A stretch of DNA of 64,000 bases from Octopus sinensis (lineage: Eukaryota), in contig NC_043017.1 in assembly GCF_006345805.1 (NCBI RefSeq), forward strand, positions 23,622,001 to 23,686,000. The letters are read 5' to 3'. How positions within the stretch are numbered: the first letter of the stretch is position 1; every line of letters begins with the position of its first letter. Positions 51,256 to 64,000 of this stretch are shown piece by piece. The notes beneath the pieces were generated by a model that saw only the letters and a list, made by a program, of their open reading frames with translations, was not told where the DNA came from and did no database searches. Made by a program: the position numbers and the translations under genes.

Positions 51256-51954
51256 TTCACTAATTATCATAGATGCAATCTTTACAGATTTCGTATTGTT
51301 CTTGCGTTGCTGGAATTATTAGCACACCTGACAAAATGCTGAGCAACATTTCTTGCATGTCAGCATTCTGAGTTCAAATTCCATTGAAGTCAACTTTGCC
51401 TTTCATCCTTTTGAGGTTGATAAACCGAGTACCAGTCAAACACTGGGGTCAGTATAATCAAGTAACCCCCTCCCTTAAAATTTCAGGCCTTGTGCCTAAA
51501 GTAGAAAAAAATTATTATGTATGACAGGATCAGAATATGAAAATGGGGCCAGAGAAATTGAATGAGCATGTAATATATATGAATAGAATGTGTGTGTGTG
51601 TGTTTGTGATGGTTGTTTCATATTTTGGCACAAGGCCAGAAATTTCAAGGATAGGGTAAGTTGATTACAAAGAACCCAGTACTTGACTGGTACTTATTTT
51701 ATCAACCCTGAAAGGATGAAAGGTAAAGTTGACCTCAGCAGAATTTGAACTCAAAACACAAAGACTGAAGAAATGCCACCAAGCATTTTTCCTGACATGC
51801 TAATGACTCTACCAGTTCAACACCTTAATGTGTGTGTGTGTGTGCAATATATATATATATATACTGTTGTGTCTATATTTGATACTAGCCACTGATAAAA
51901 TCTTTAACGGATTTATCCTTCATTTTGTATCTATGCACACATATACATATGTAC

Positions 51955-51997
<43 letters not shown>

Positions 51998-52443
51998 CAC
52001 ACACACACACACACATATATATATACATATACACACACATATATATATACTGATCCTATCACACCATTTCTCCCAGCCCCATCCTCCCACTACTACTCCC
52101 ACCACTCCACTCACACTGCAGTTTCTCCTCATTCACTGCCTACAGTTTAAGTTGCAATTCAACTTCAGCACATAAAGACCTGATGTAAGCAAACACTGCA
52201 AACTGTGCAAGTTTTCCAATGAAGAACAATGAAATTCCCTCGCCTAAACATGCAACACAATGCCATTCTTTGTGTTAGAATAATATTTATAGATAAGTTT
52301 CACATTTTCTTTAAGCTTTTCAATACCAACTTGCTTGAGACTATTCAAAGGTCTACAATACAGGACTACACAATTTCATTTTAAAATTGCCTATCGACAA
52401 AACCAGCTTCGTCCCCCACCAACATAACGACACAGTCAATACC

Positions 52444-53097
52444 TATTTCTTTACTACCCACAAGGGGCTAAACACAGAGAGGACAAACAAGGACAGACAA
52501 ACAGATTAAGTCGATTAGATCGACCCCAGTGCGTAACTGGTACATAATTTATCGACCCTGAAAAGATGAAAGGCAAAGTCGACCTCGGCGGAATTTGAAC
52601 TCAGAACGTAGCGGCAGACGAAATACCTATTTCTTTACTACCCACAAGGGGCTAAACACAGAGAGGACAAACAAGGACAGACAAACGGATTAAGTCGATT
52701 AGATCGACCCCAGAGTGTAACTGGTACTTAATTTATCGACCCCAAAAAGATGAAAGGCAAAGTCGACCTCGGCAGAATTTGAACTGAGAGCGTAGCGGCA
52801 GACGAAATACCACAAAGTATTTCGCCTGGCGTGCTAACGTTTCTGCCAGCTCGCCGCCTTTACAGTCAATACCTATTTCTTTACTACCCACAAGGGGCTA
52901 AACACAGAGAGGACAAACAAACGGATTAAGTTGATTACATCGACCTCAGTGCGTAACTGGTACTTAATTTATTGACCCCGAAAGGATGAAAGGCAAAGTC
53001 GACCTCGGCGGAATTTGAACCCAGAACGTAATGGCAGACGAAATACGGCTACGCATTTCGCCCAGCGTGCTAACGTTTCTGCCAGCTCGCCACCTTT
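52444..53097 (-). mobile_element. SINE A1 dimer plus monomer at one target site
   Basis: Three units and two heads. acagtcaatacc occurs at 52432, 52862 and 53098. Confidence 0.85.
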
Positions 53098-53626
53098 ACA
53101 GTCAATACCATCGATGCAATTAACTGGTCTGAGAGTCACCAACAGCATCATCATAAAGGAAGCATTCAGCAAAGAAGAAAATAAATTCTCAGATACAAGA
53201 TTGAAGCTGATGAGACGAGAATTATTTAAAACTGTCTAATTGTATTTAAAAACCTTATTAGTTATGTTCTAGATAAAAGCTTTGTTTTGGAAAGAGTTCT
53301 TATACTAATTCCTCCAAATTTTTGATTATTTTCAGACTTATTTACAATACGCAGTATTTCATTAGAAATATGGTCATGAAAGGATTAAATCTGTGGTTGT
53401 TGAAAATAATCTGAGATTTAATCAGTTATTCCCTTTTCATGGTGTGGAAGCTTGGTCTTTATCTTTTACAGTATGGATTTCAATCTGGCAACATATTTTG
53501 AAATTTTCCTTTCATTTGAATACACACACACACACACACATGCACACATACTTACACTTTCTCTCTCTCTCTCTCTCTGTTCCTACCGGTTTTACTGTCT
53601 TTTTTGTCTCTCTCTCTCACTATCTC

Positions 53627-53664
<38 letters not shown>

Positions 53665-53710
53665 ACACACAGAATTGCCATTTCACTTTCAATACCCACT
53701 TCTTCTTTCT

Positions 53711-53742
<32 letters not shown>

Positions 53743-54189
53743 CTCCCCTTTCTCTTCTTTAACATAAAACATTATGGCTCTCTAATGAAATTAAATTTTA
53801 TGATTCCAAATGTTATATTCTCAAAAATTTCTTACTTAATGACTTCCAAAAAAGAAAAAAACTAAAATTAAATGAAAAAAAAACCGCAATAATAAAAAAA
53901 AAAAAGGACAAACCTAACAAGAAGGGAAATTGTAAATCCTGGCGAGTTTATTAGACATGTATATGTTTGGCAGCCATAATGATTTAGAAATATTGACATT
54001 TTAAGGCTTATCCTTTCAATAGATTCTCTCTGCCTCCAGGAACATTTCTTGCTTTACAATAACTGAAATACTTGGATTTAAAAGTACTTCTTGTAATTCC
54101 ATTAATGTTTTGAAAGTGAATAACATGAAGATGCCAGCCGCATTATCAAGTTAATGTTATTATATGGTGTTAATGTAATTAATATTGTT

Positions 54190-54495
54190 AGGTGAAGGTG
54201 CATGGCTTAGTGGTTAGGTTACTTGGCTCATGATCACAAGGTCGTGAGTTCAATTACCAGTGCCATGTTGTGTCCTTGAGCAAGACTCTTTGTTGCATGT
54301 TGCTCCAGTTCACTCTGCTGGCAAAAATAGGTAGTACCTGTATTTCAAAGGGTCAGCCTTGTCACACACTGTTTCACGCTGAATCTCCCTGAGAACTACA
54401 TCAAGGGTACATGGGTCTGTAGAGTGCTCAGCTGCATACATTACTTTCATGAACAGGCTCTTCCTTTGATCAGATCAACTAGAAACCTCGTCGTC
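54190..54495 (+). mobile_element. tRNA-derived SINE (further family) with CORE-like segment
   Basis: A box tggcttagtggttag, B box gagttcaatt, then ttgtgtccttgagcaagac. A partial minus-strand relative lies at ~22820-22975. Confidence 0.65.
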
Positions 54496-54686
54496 TGGCA
54501 GAATTGTTAGCACACTGGGTGAAATACTTAGGAGCATTTCATGTCTTTGTGTTCTGAGTTCAAATGCCGCCACAGTCAACTTTGCCTTTCATCCTTTCTG
54601 GATAAAATAAGTACTAGTCGATAAAATTAACAACATTCTTGTTATGTTGTGTTGTTAATTACATTTTCTTTTATTTGTCTATATGT

Positions 54687-54723
<37 letters not shown>

Positions 54724-56508
54724 AATGAAAGAAAATGTAATTAACAACATTCTTTCATTTGTCTGTTTATATAGAGCCTACAGATACTATGGAATTCTGG
54801 ATGTATGTATGGCTGCAGGAGTATTTCCTCAGTATGACATCAGGTAGCCAATAAATGTGGATGAGCTTTGCATAACATTCTACAATGTTTTGGCTCCAAA
54901 TCTTACTTAACTAATACACACACACTGTAAATAGCCATACAGTTCCTCTACTAGGACCTATACTGCTGCACTCTACCCCATACTTTAACCCCTTAATTCT
55001 TACCATAACGCCAAGTTCCTCCTTCCTTGGAGTTTGTTGTCTTGCGAGTTGCATGGCGGCCTCAAAACATGTACCTTGTACAAACTTTAAAGTGGTTAAT
55101 ATTAAGAAGGGCATCCAGCTTTAGAGACCAATCCACAACAGACACTAGAGCATGATGCAGTCCTTGGACTATACAATCCTGTCAGAGCATCCAACCATGC
55201 CAGCATGGAAAACAGGCATTAAATAATGACGATGATGATGATGATGTATAGTGCTGGTATGGCTATGTGGTTAAGAAGTTCATTTTGTAACCACATAGTT
55301 TTGGGTTCTGACCTACTGTGCTGCATCATGGCCAGTGTCTTCTATTATAGTCCTGGGCTGACCACTGCATTCTGAGTGAATTTAACTGATGGAAAATGTG
55401 TAAAAACCTGTTGTGTGTGTGTGTGTGTGTTTATGTGTGTCTCTCAGTGCATATGCTTGTGTTTGTCTCTCATCACTCAACAGCTGTTGTAGGTTTGTTT
55501 ACATCCTTAGTGGTTTTCTAACAAAGGAAAAGTGACTGATAAAATACATTACTGAACTCAGTTTGATTAACTCACTTCAAGGTGATGCCCCAGCATGGCC
55601 AGAAACCAACGACTGAAACAATTAAAATGATAAAAGAATATAATCTTGGTTTAAATATTCTCCTCTCAAATCCTTCTTACGCATCCTGTCCTCTTGTTGA
55701 GTGCATCCTCACACCACCACCACCGCCACCATCACTTCTCAATGCTTTCTCTCTTGACATATATCAGCCATTTCTTCCCATTATACATCCAAACTACTCA
55801 AGTGGTCATATCATAACCACTCATGTCCAACCACTCCATCAATTCTCCTGGGCAATCATCAACTTTCTTATAAAACAATACTCGACATTAAAATGTCTCT
55901 ACATGCGGTCATTTCTTTCATCTTCCATTATTGAAGATACGAAGATGTTCTATATTCACTGTCCATTTTCCACCACAATAATGCAACATAGCTCTTATTT
56001 AAAATCATGACGATTTAGGAATGGCTGTGTGGTAAGTAACTTGCTTATCAACCACATGGTTTGGGCTGACCAAAACCTTGCGAGTAGATTTGGTAGACAG
56101 AAACTGAATGAAGCCTGTCGTGTGTGTGTGTGTATGTTTGTCCGCCCACCATCACTTGACAACCGATGCTGACATGTTTACGTCCCCATAACCTAGTGGC
56201 TCAGCAAAAGAAACCAATAAAATAAGTACTAGGCTTACAACGAATAAGTCCTGGGGTCGATTTGTTCGACTAAAGGCAGTGCTACAGCATGGCCACAGTC
56301 AAATGACTGAAACAAATAAAAGAATATATACACACATGCACATTGTATATATAAAACACAGACAAGATCTTCAGTATCTTAGCTCTATATAAACAAAAGA
56401 CCATGATGATGTATGAGCGAGGTTGAGTGTGTGTATGTGTGTATGTGAGATGTCAGCATGGAAGATGAATGTTAAATGATGATGATAATGATAATTATGA
56501 TATTATAT

Positions 56509-56509
<1 letters not shown>

Positions 56510-56576
<67 letters not shown>

Positions 56577-56632
56577 TATATATGTATGTGTGTATGTATA
56601 TATATATATATATAAGATATACAGTATATATA

Positions 56633-56667
<35 letters not shown>

Positions 56668-56701
56668 GATATACAGTATATATGTATGTGTGTGTGTGTG
56701 T

Positions 56702-56735
<34 letters not shown>

Positions 56736-56797
56736 AAGATATACAGTATATATGTATGTGTGTGTGTATATATATATATAAAGATATACAGTATATA

Positions 56798-56831
<34 letters not shown>

Positions 56832-56846
56832 AAGATATACAGTATA

Positions 56847-56903
<57 letters not shown>

Positions 56904-56925
56904 ATATACAGTATATATGTATGTG

Positions 56926-56968
<43 letters not shown>

Positions 56969-57010
56969 ATATACAGTATATGTGTGTGTGTGTGTATATA
57001 TATACAGTAT
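56510..57010. repeat. (TA)n/(TG)n array with a higher-order unit anchored on aagatatacagtata
   Basis: The anchor recurs about seven times with variable microsatellite spacers. Confidence 0.9.
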
Positions 57011-58430
57011 ACATGTATGTATTGATGTAAGTAAGCTCAGTTATTTTTCTATTTTTACGCAATCTTATTGAAGCCATCTGAAGTTCACCACTTAAATTAT
57101 AACAAAATCCTGTCTTTCAGATGGAATTATTTTCTATTTCATATATTCATAATGCAAAAAAAGAGGGTAAGTCTTAGAACACCGTTTCCCTTTTGGATGT
57201 TTTCTGTATAACAGAAGTAGTCAGATTGTGGTCTACAAGTTGCATATGGCTCTTTAAGGCACAACGTTCACCTCATCATCATCATAATCATTTTAATGTC
57301 CACTTTTCAATGCCTGTATAGGGGTGGATGGAATTTGTCATGGTGAATTTTCTATGTCTGGATGTCATCAACCCCCACTTGTTTCCAAGTAAGATAATAT
57401 CCCCCCTCCACCACTGGCTAAACACGGTTTTATCGAAGATTGGAGATGAAGGACACTGCATGTATAACTATGATTCTGATTAAATGTCCCCTTTTCCATG
57501 TTTGCATGGATTTTATGGAGTTTATTGAGGACTGTCTTTGATCCATAAGTTTGCTTATTCAAAACTGCCGTTAGAGACAAGAGGGCAGTTCTAAATACAT
57601 GTTTCTACTTTAGTAACCATTATCAACATAGCTGTTGTTTTACCTTGACTCCTGTGGAAGAGAACAAAACATTTGTGTAATCTAGGAAATTCTGAAAAAA
57701 AAAAGTTTGTTCAAACTTGACATGTGTAGATCAGCTCACCAGAGACATTAATGCCTCCACAAAGTCCCTGCTCAACTAATGCAGGACCAAGATTGATGAA
57801 AAATGTCCGAGAATACTCAACCAGATAAGACAATTCTTGATTCATGAAATTATCTCCCCCTCTCATGTAGAATTGATTGCAGTTACCCTCAGGCATCTGT
57901 TTACTTCTCTCTTAAAAATGAGTTAATTTCTATAAATCACAACTTTTTTTGTATGGCATTTAGTATACCTTTATTTGTCTTTATTGTTGTCCAGATAGTC
58001 ATGCCACTGGCCAATCTAAGTTTTTTTTTCTTTTATCTTTTACTTGTTTCAGTCATTAGACTGTGGCCATGCTGGGGCACCACCTTGAAAGGTTTTAAAT
58101 CAAACAGCCTACTTACTTTTTAAGCTGGTACTTGTTCTATTGTTCTCTTTTGCCAAACTGTTAAGTGACAAGGACATAAACAAACCAACATCACTTGTCA
58201 AGCAGTGGGGGACAAGATAAACTCAACCAAAAATGCACACACGCATATATGACAGACTTCCACACAGTTTCCATCCACTAAATCTACTCACAAGGCATTA
58301 GTTAGCCCTGGGCTATAGTAGAAGACACTTTTGCCCCTGATGCCATGTAGTGGGACTGAACCAAAAACCATATGGTTGCAAAGCAAGCTTCTTAACCACT
58401 CAGCCATTATTAGTACTTTTTGTTTTAACA

Positions 58431-58481
<51 letters not shown>

Positions 58482-60331
58482 CACTCACACATACGCACAC
58501 ACACACGCACACACACACGATGGCAACCTCCATGACTTTCTTTTACCATTTTCACTCATATGAACTGTTGTAGAAGGCACTTCTCCAAAGTGCCATGTAT
58601 TGGGATTGAACCCAGAACCACATAATTGCTAAGTCGGCTTCTTAATAACACAGCTAGGTCTGTATGACTAACCCTGCCTCTCTCTCTCTTCTTTTTTACA
58701 TTTTTTTATTATTTTCATTATTTCAGTCACTTAGAATGATTCCTGAATTTTGGAAGTTCTTTCTATGGCTTCTGTTTCTCAAGATTAATTCCCCGACTCC
58801 CCAATTCTTTGCCAACTTTCAACTCCTTCTCTACCCCCTCTCTATGTCCCTGTCTGTCTGTGTGTCTGTCTACTTTCATTTTCCTATTCCTCAGATAAAG
58901 TCTGTTTTCCACAGCTAAAACAACATCTCATTGTTATTATCTCTGTCATCACAACCATCATTGTCACCATCACCCGTCATTGTCTCTACCTCAACCAGTG
59001 CTGTCACCACCACCACCACCACCTTAATCATCTCCATCATCATCGCCACCACCATCTCCATCATCACCATCACTACCTCCACCATCTCCATCATCATCAT
59101 CACCACCACCACCTCCATCAACAATACTACCAACACCACCACCTCTGTCGTCACCACCACCACCTTCAGTATCTCATCTGAACTTCACTACTATCACCAC
59201 TACCACCTCAATCACCACCATCTCCATCACCACCACCATCATCACAACCATCCCTGCTGTCAATCATCTTTTCTTGTTTTTTTCAAAAAAAAGTTGTTAT
59301 AAAAATCCACTCAGCACTCACCCACATGAATTCTTAGTATTGTTGCATTGCTGAAGACTGGTTCTTTGGAATAGATGGTGCCAAATTCCCAATAGTAATC
59401 ACATCTTTTAATCTTCATTACTTTTACTTTATAACTGGTTAAACCTTGTAGGCTAACGAAAACACATAAATAAAATGATGGGGGTGGGTATGTGAATGAG
59501 AGGGTGTTGTGAGAAAATAAGGTAAATGGGAAGAAATGGCCATTGCGAATAAGCAACAGAGTTTTGAGCTTATATGGTAAGCTAGAAATAGCAACCAAAT
59601 TTCCTTAAATCATACCTTACAAATTTACCAAAGAAGGTCTCATCAGAAAATGTAGATTTCGATATGAAATTTTTAAAAAAATAAACCCTTTCGATCATAG
59701 CTCTGCTTGGTCATGTCTGACCTGGAGCTAAATAAACAGTTATACCTTATTCTTTCTAATCTTGGCACAAGGCTAGTAATTTTGAAAGGAGAAGATAAGT
59801 CGACGTAATCAATCCCAGTACGTGTCTGGTACTTTATTTTATTGAACTCATTGAAAGACAAAGTTGACCTTGGCAGGGCTTCAACATAAAGAGTCGGAAG
59901 AAATACTGCCAAGTGATTTGTCTGATGTGCTACCAACTCTGTCAGCTCACCACCTTAAATCACCCAACAATACCAAGTATTAAATGGCTCACTGGATGCC
60001 AAGTTTATGTAGAATTCAAAAACAGGAATATCTAAGACTTCTTAACAAAGTGACACAACAAATTGTTCTATCAACTTCCATATTTTATATGTACATGGAG
60101 ATAATATGTATACATGCTGATAATATATACATACTCACAATATACACATAAGGTAAAGTTGACCTCGGTGGAATTAGAACTCAGATCATGAAGATGGATG
60201 AAATGCCGCTAAGCATTTTGCCCAGCTTGCTAATGATTCTGCCATTTCAGCACCCTATTAATAATCCTAATATTGGTTTCACATTTTGGCACAAGGCCAG
60301 CAGTTTTGAGGAAGCAGGTAAGATGATTACA

Positions 60332-60751
60332 GATAAGGCGGCAAGCTGGCAGAAACGTTAGCACGCCGGGTGAAATGCTTAGCGGTATTTCGTCTGCTGT
60401 TACGTTGTGAGTTCAAATTCCGCCAAGGTCGACTTTGCCTTTCATCCTTTCGGGGTCGATAAATTAAGTACCAGTTACACACTGGGGTCGATATAAACGA
60501 CTTAATCCCTTTGTCTGTCCTTGTTTGTTCCCTCTGTGTTTAGCCCCTTGTGGGTAGTAAAGAAATAGGTATTTCGTCTGTCTATATGTTCTGAGTTCAA
60601 ATTCCCCCGAGGTCGACTTTGCCTTTCATCCTTTCGGAGTCGATAAATTAAGTACCAGTTACACACTGGGGTCGATATAAACGACTTAATCCCTTTGTCT
60701 GTCCTTGTTTGTCCCCCCTGTGTTTAGCCCCTTGTGGGTAATAAAGAAATA
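60332..60751 (+). mobile_element. SINE A1 dimer with 16 bp TSD, nested in an older minus-strand SINE A2
   Basis: TSD aggtaagatgattaca (60316-60331) and aggttagatgattaca (60751-60766). Confidence 0.9.
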
Positions 60752-61471
60752 GGTTAGATGATTACATTAATCCCAGTGCTCAACCGGTCCTTACTTTATC
60801 AACCCTGAAAGGGTCTTGGCAGAATTTGAACTCAGAATGTAAAGACTGATGATGAAAATGCTACTAAGCACTTTGTCTGACTTGCCAACAATTCTGCCAG
60901 CTCATCACCCTCTTAATAATTCTAATATTAATAATTGCTGTCTACTGGAACAACTGAAGTGCAATTGAATTGACAAAAGTGGTTTCATATCAAAGATGCT
61001 GCTGGGTGTATCGTGAGAAAACTTCCAATTTTATATCATGTTACATAAAAGTCTTTCAAATCTTGAGTAGGTTTGAAGGAGCAGGTGCTCCACTGGGTTC
61101 CTGGTTTCCTGGAATTGAGCATCTCACTTTCATGCCACTTGTGGAGTAGATGTCAGTCTATCACATGTAGCAATATACTACATGTTATAGCAGTACCTTT
61201 TAGAGACAGTTAGATGTACTGAGGTGGTGTTATTCAGTATTGCACAGAATAATGATTGAATTCAAAAGCAACAAAGACTTAGTGACAGATTTGAACTATT
61301 CACTTTCCTGTTCACAGCCCAATCGTCTTTTGCTAAAACATCACAATTGTTTAACAACCATTGCTGTGGGCCAGTGACACAATACCTATCAAGACCCCCC
61401 CACACACACACACACACATTTAAGTCACAATATATGGATTCAAAAGGTGGCAAGCTGGCAGAAACATTAGC

Positions 61472-63702
61472 ACACCTCTAGGTGACTCTGATCATGCTAT
61501 GATCATCGCCAATCTGGCTCTTGCGGGCAACAACAAAAACCTGAACCATCTCCAATCTGCTTCCTTCGATTGGAAGAGAGCAGATTGGAACCTGTACCAC
61601 ACTGAACTACAGCACCCAAACTGGCGTGAATTCTACAACTCTGGAGATGTGAATACTATACTCCAGAGTATCCTGGACTCAATATGGGCAGCATGCGCAG
61701 CATCAGTGCCACGTAAACAAAAAAAGAAGAACCGCCCCAAAAGGGCAATTTGGGAAACTTCAGCGGTCCGACTTGCCAGGAAGGAACGTCAGACTGCTGA
61801 ACAGGAATACAAGTTGCATAAATCAGACACCAACAGCGGAATAAATCCTCCAACCATCTCAAGCAAGTGACAAAAAATGCAGTGCTTGAATTTGAACAGT
61901 GCATAGCAGCCAATCCTGACAGCAAGGTTTTCTGGAAATATGTGCATTCAAAGCAGAGACCTCACTCTCCAGTGGGCCCTCTTCGCAACCCTCACACGAA
62001 CCAGATCACTGACAACCCCAAGGAATGTGCAGAACTCATTGCCGAGTGCTATGCAAACATATTCACTGTCGAAAGTCAAAATGTACCATCTTCACCATCA
62101 CTAACAGCAAACTCCATAACAACTATGGAATTTACACCTGCAATGCTGCGACGTCACCTTCAAAATAAGCGCAACTATGCCTCCCCTGGTCTCGATGGAG
62201 TTACATACCTGCTTCTCAAACGTGGCAGGCACTTCCTTTTACACCAGCTTTCTATTTTCTTCCAGTACTGTCTCAACAATGGTGCTACTCCGGAGCAGTG
62301 GAAAACTGCCAGTGTCATTCCTCTATTCAAAAAGGGTGACCGCACATCACCTGTTAACTATCGCCCAGTCAGTCTCACTAGCTGTATTGCAAAACTGATG
62401 GAATCGTGTGTCAGAGAAACACTCTGGAACTTCTGGAGCTCTCACAGTCTCATCCGACCCTCACAATATGGATTTGTCCCTAACTCCAGCTGCAGTGACC
62501 AGCTTGTCGAGTTCCTTGAGGACATTACTCAGATCACTGACAGTGGCTCATGGGTGGATGTTGTCTACCTTGACTTTGCTAAGGCTTTCAACTCTGTGCC
62601 ACACAAAAGGCTTATGGTGAAACTCTCTGCAATGGGTGTGGGGGATGACCTTTTTAACTGGTTGAAATCCTTCATCCTCAGCCGAAAGGAGGTAGTCACA
62701 GTTCTAGGACAGCACTCTACACCATATGAGATGTCATCGGGTGTACCACAGGGATCTGTCCTTGGTCCCCTCCTGTTTGTGGCATACATTAATGACATAG
62801 ATGCCAATTTAAAGAATGCCACAGTATTGAAATATGCAGACGACATCAAGCTGTACCTTGAAATCAAGAGGACTGATCCTGATGTCTACAACTCTTTCCT
62901 GCAATCAGACCTAGACACAATGCAGCAATGGATCACAGACTGGCAACTGAAACTGGCTGTGGACAAGTGTACCACCATGCATTTTGGGAGAAAAAAACCC
63001 TGCGTCCACATACTCCCTCCACAACACTGATATCAAGAAATCCTCTTGCGAGCGTGACCTAGGCATCACTGTCAGCAGTGATTTGCGTTGGACAAAGCAT
63101 ATCTCTAAAATTGTCAAGAAGGCCGAGGGTTTCTTGGCATCACTCAGCAAGACTTTTGTTAGCCGCTCTCCAGCCATCTATTTAAAACTGTATACAGCTA
63201 TGGTACGACCACACTTGGAATTCGCATCATCAGTTTGGAATCCCTATCTTGCTCAGAACATTGACCTCCTGGAATCTGTCCAGAGACATGCAACCAAATG
63301 CATACCCTCCATCAGACACCTACCATATTCTGAGCGCCTTGTTTCCCTGGGCATGGATTCACTGAAGCGACGGACTTGGTAAACACCCACAAGGTTATCA
63401 ACCACCTCACCAACAACAACACTGAACACCTTTTTGATCTCCATGTGTCTAACACGTGGACATGCCTACAAAGTCAGAAAACAGCACAGCTCCCATGACT
63501 TTCGGAAACATTTTTTCACGCTCAGGGTTGCTGAAGCGTGGAATAAACTGCATGCATCAGTTGTTGACTGCCATGACACTGCATCCTTTAAGGCCCTCAT
63601 GCTTCCCGAAATCCGTCGAAACTACACCTGATTATATATACACTTTAGATGAGTTGTAGTGCACCTGAGCACTGTACACAATTATTATTATTATTATTAT
63701 TA
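61472..63702 (+). mobile_element. 5'-truncated CR1-clade LINE
   Basis: Endonuclease C-terminal motif PLGDSDH, RT domain, C-terminal ERDLGITV / TRGHAYKV / RKHFFTLRV..WNKL motifs, 3' stem-loop agtgc-acctga-gcact, and an (ATT)n tail. Confidence 0.9.
61867..63030 (+). pseudogene. Reverse transcriptase domain of the CR1 ORF2 (frameshifted at ~61865 and ~63000)
   Basis: YRPVSLTS, QYGF, YLDFAKAFNSVPH, GVPQGSVLGPLLF, YADD. Confidence 0.9.
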
Positions 63703-64000
63703 CTTCATGATTGTGAGACCAACGCTTCAGCCACTGAGACACATGCCTTCACAGTGGAAGAGTGGAAATTTCACTAAGTGGAGTAGGGTGGGGACTGGTA
63801 TTTCTCTACGTGGCCATTGCCAGCCTTGCCTGGCCCCCGTGCCGGTGGCACGTAAAAAGCACCATCCAACCGTGGCCGTTTGCCAGCCCCATCTGGCACG
63901 TAAAAAGCACCCACTACACTCACGGAGTGGTTGGCATTAGAAAGGGCATCCAGCCGTAGAAACATTGCCAGATCAGACTGGGCCTGGTGCAGCCTTCTGG

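Noticed and set aside
56580-57010. CRISPR-like array
   Set aside because: The context is eukaryotic, the spacers are simple repeats of variable length, and there are no cas genes.
58915-59302. Poly-His/Thr/Val ORFs (also 7062-7434 and 31351-31695)
   Set aside because: Degenerate CAC/CAT/TAC trinucleotide repeats open in several frames, with no splice or domain support.

Overview
AT-rich, repeat-dominated eukaryotic non-coding or intronic DNA. It is most likely from an octopod cephalopod (inference from the SINE, MITE and microsatellite repertoire). I cannot identify an intact host gene. Nearly all listed ORFs are microsatellite or repeat artefacts. The protein-like segments are retrotransposon remnants: a CR1-clade LINE (~61.5-63.7 kb), four RTE-clade fragments, and two R4/Dong-like C-terminal fragments next to (TAA)n. 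Several SINE families, piggyBac-like, mariner-like and hAT MITEs, and long microsatellites fill the rest. The most notable signal is a microsatellite-embedded ~210 bp repeat (three motif copies at two loci, 5.8-6.1 kb and 29.3 kb). It folds into a minimal type I hammerhead ribozyme whose C3:G8 core pair is swapped to G3:C8, with an extra purine after A9 and a palindromic helix III. Two other (TA)n-associated families carry degenerate hammerheads of the same architecture. This points to Penelope-like or retrozyme elements. Also notable: SINE multimers joined at a fixed GGTATT microhomology, a target site duplicated three times, and long hairpins. Element boundaries were read by eye and are approximate unless TSDs or TIRs are quoted.
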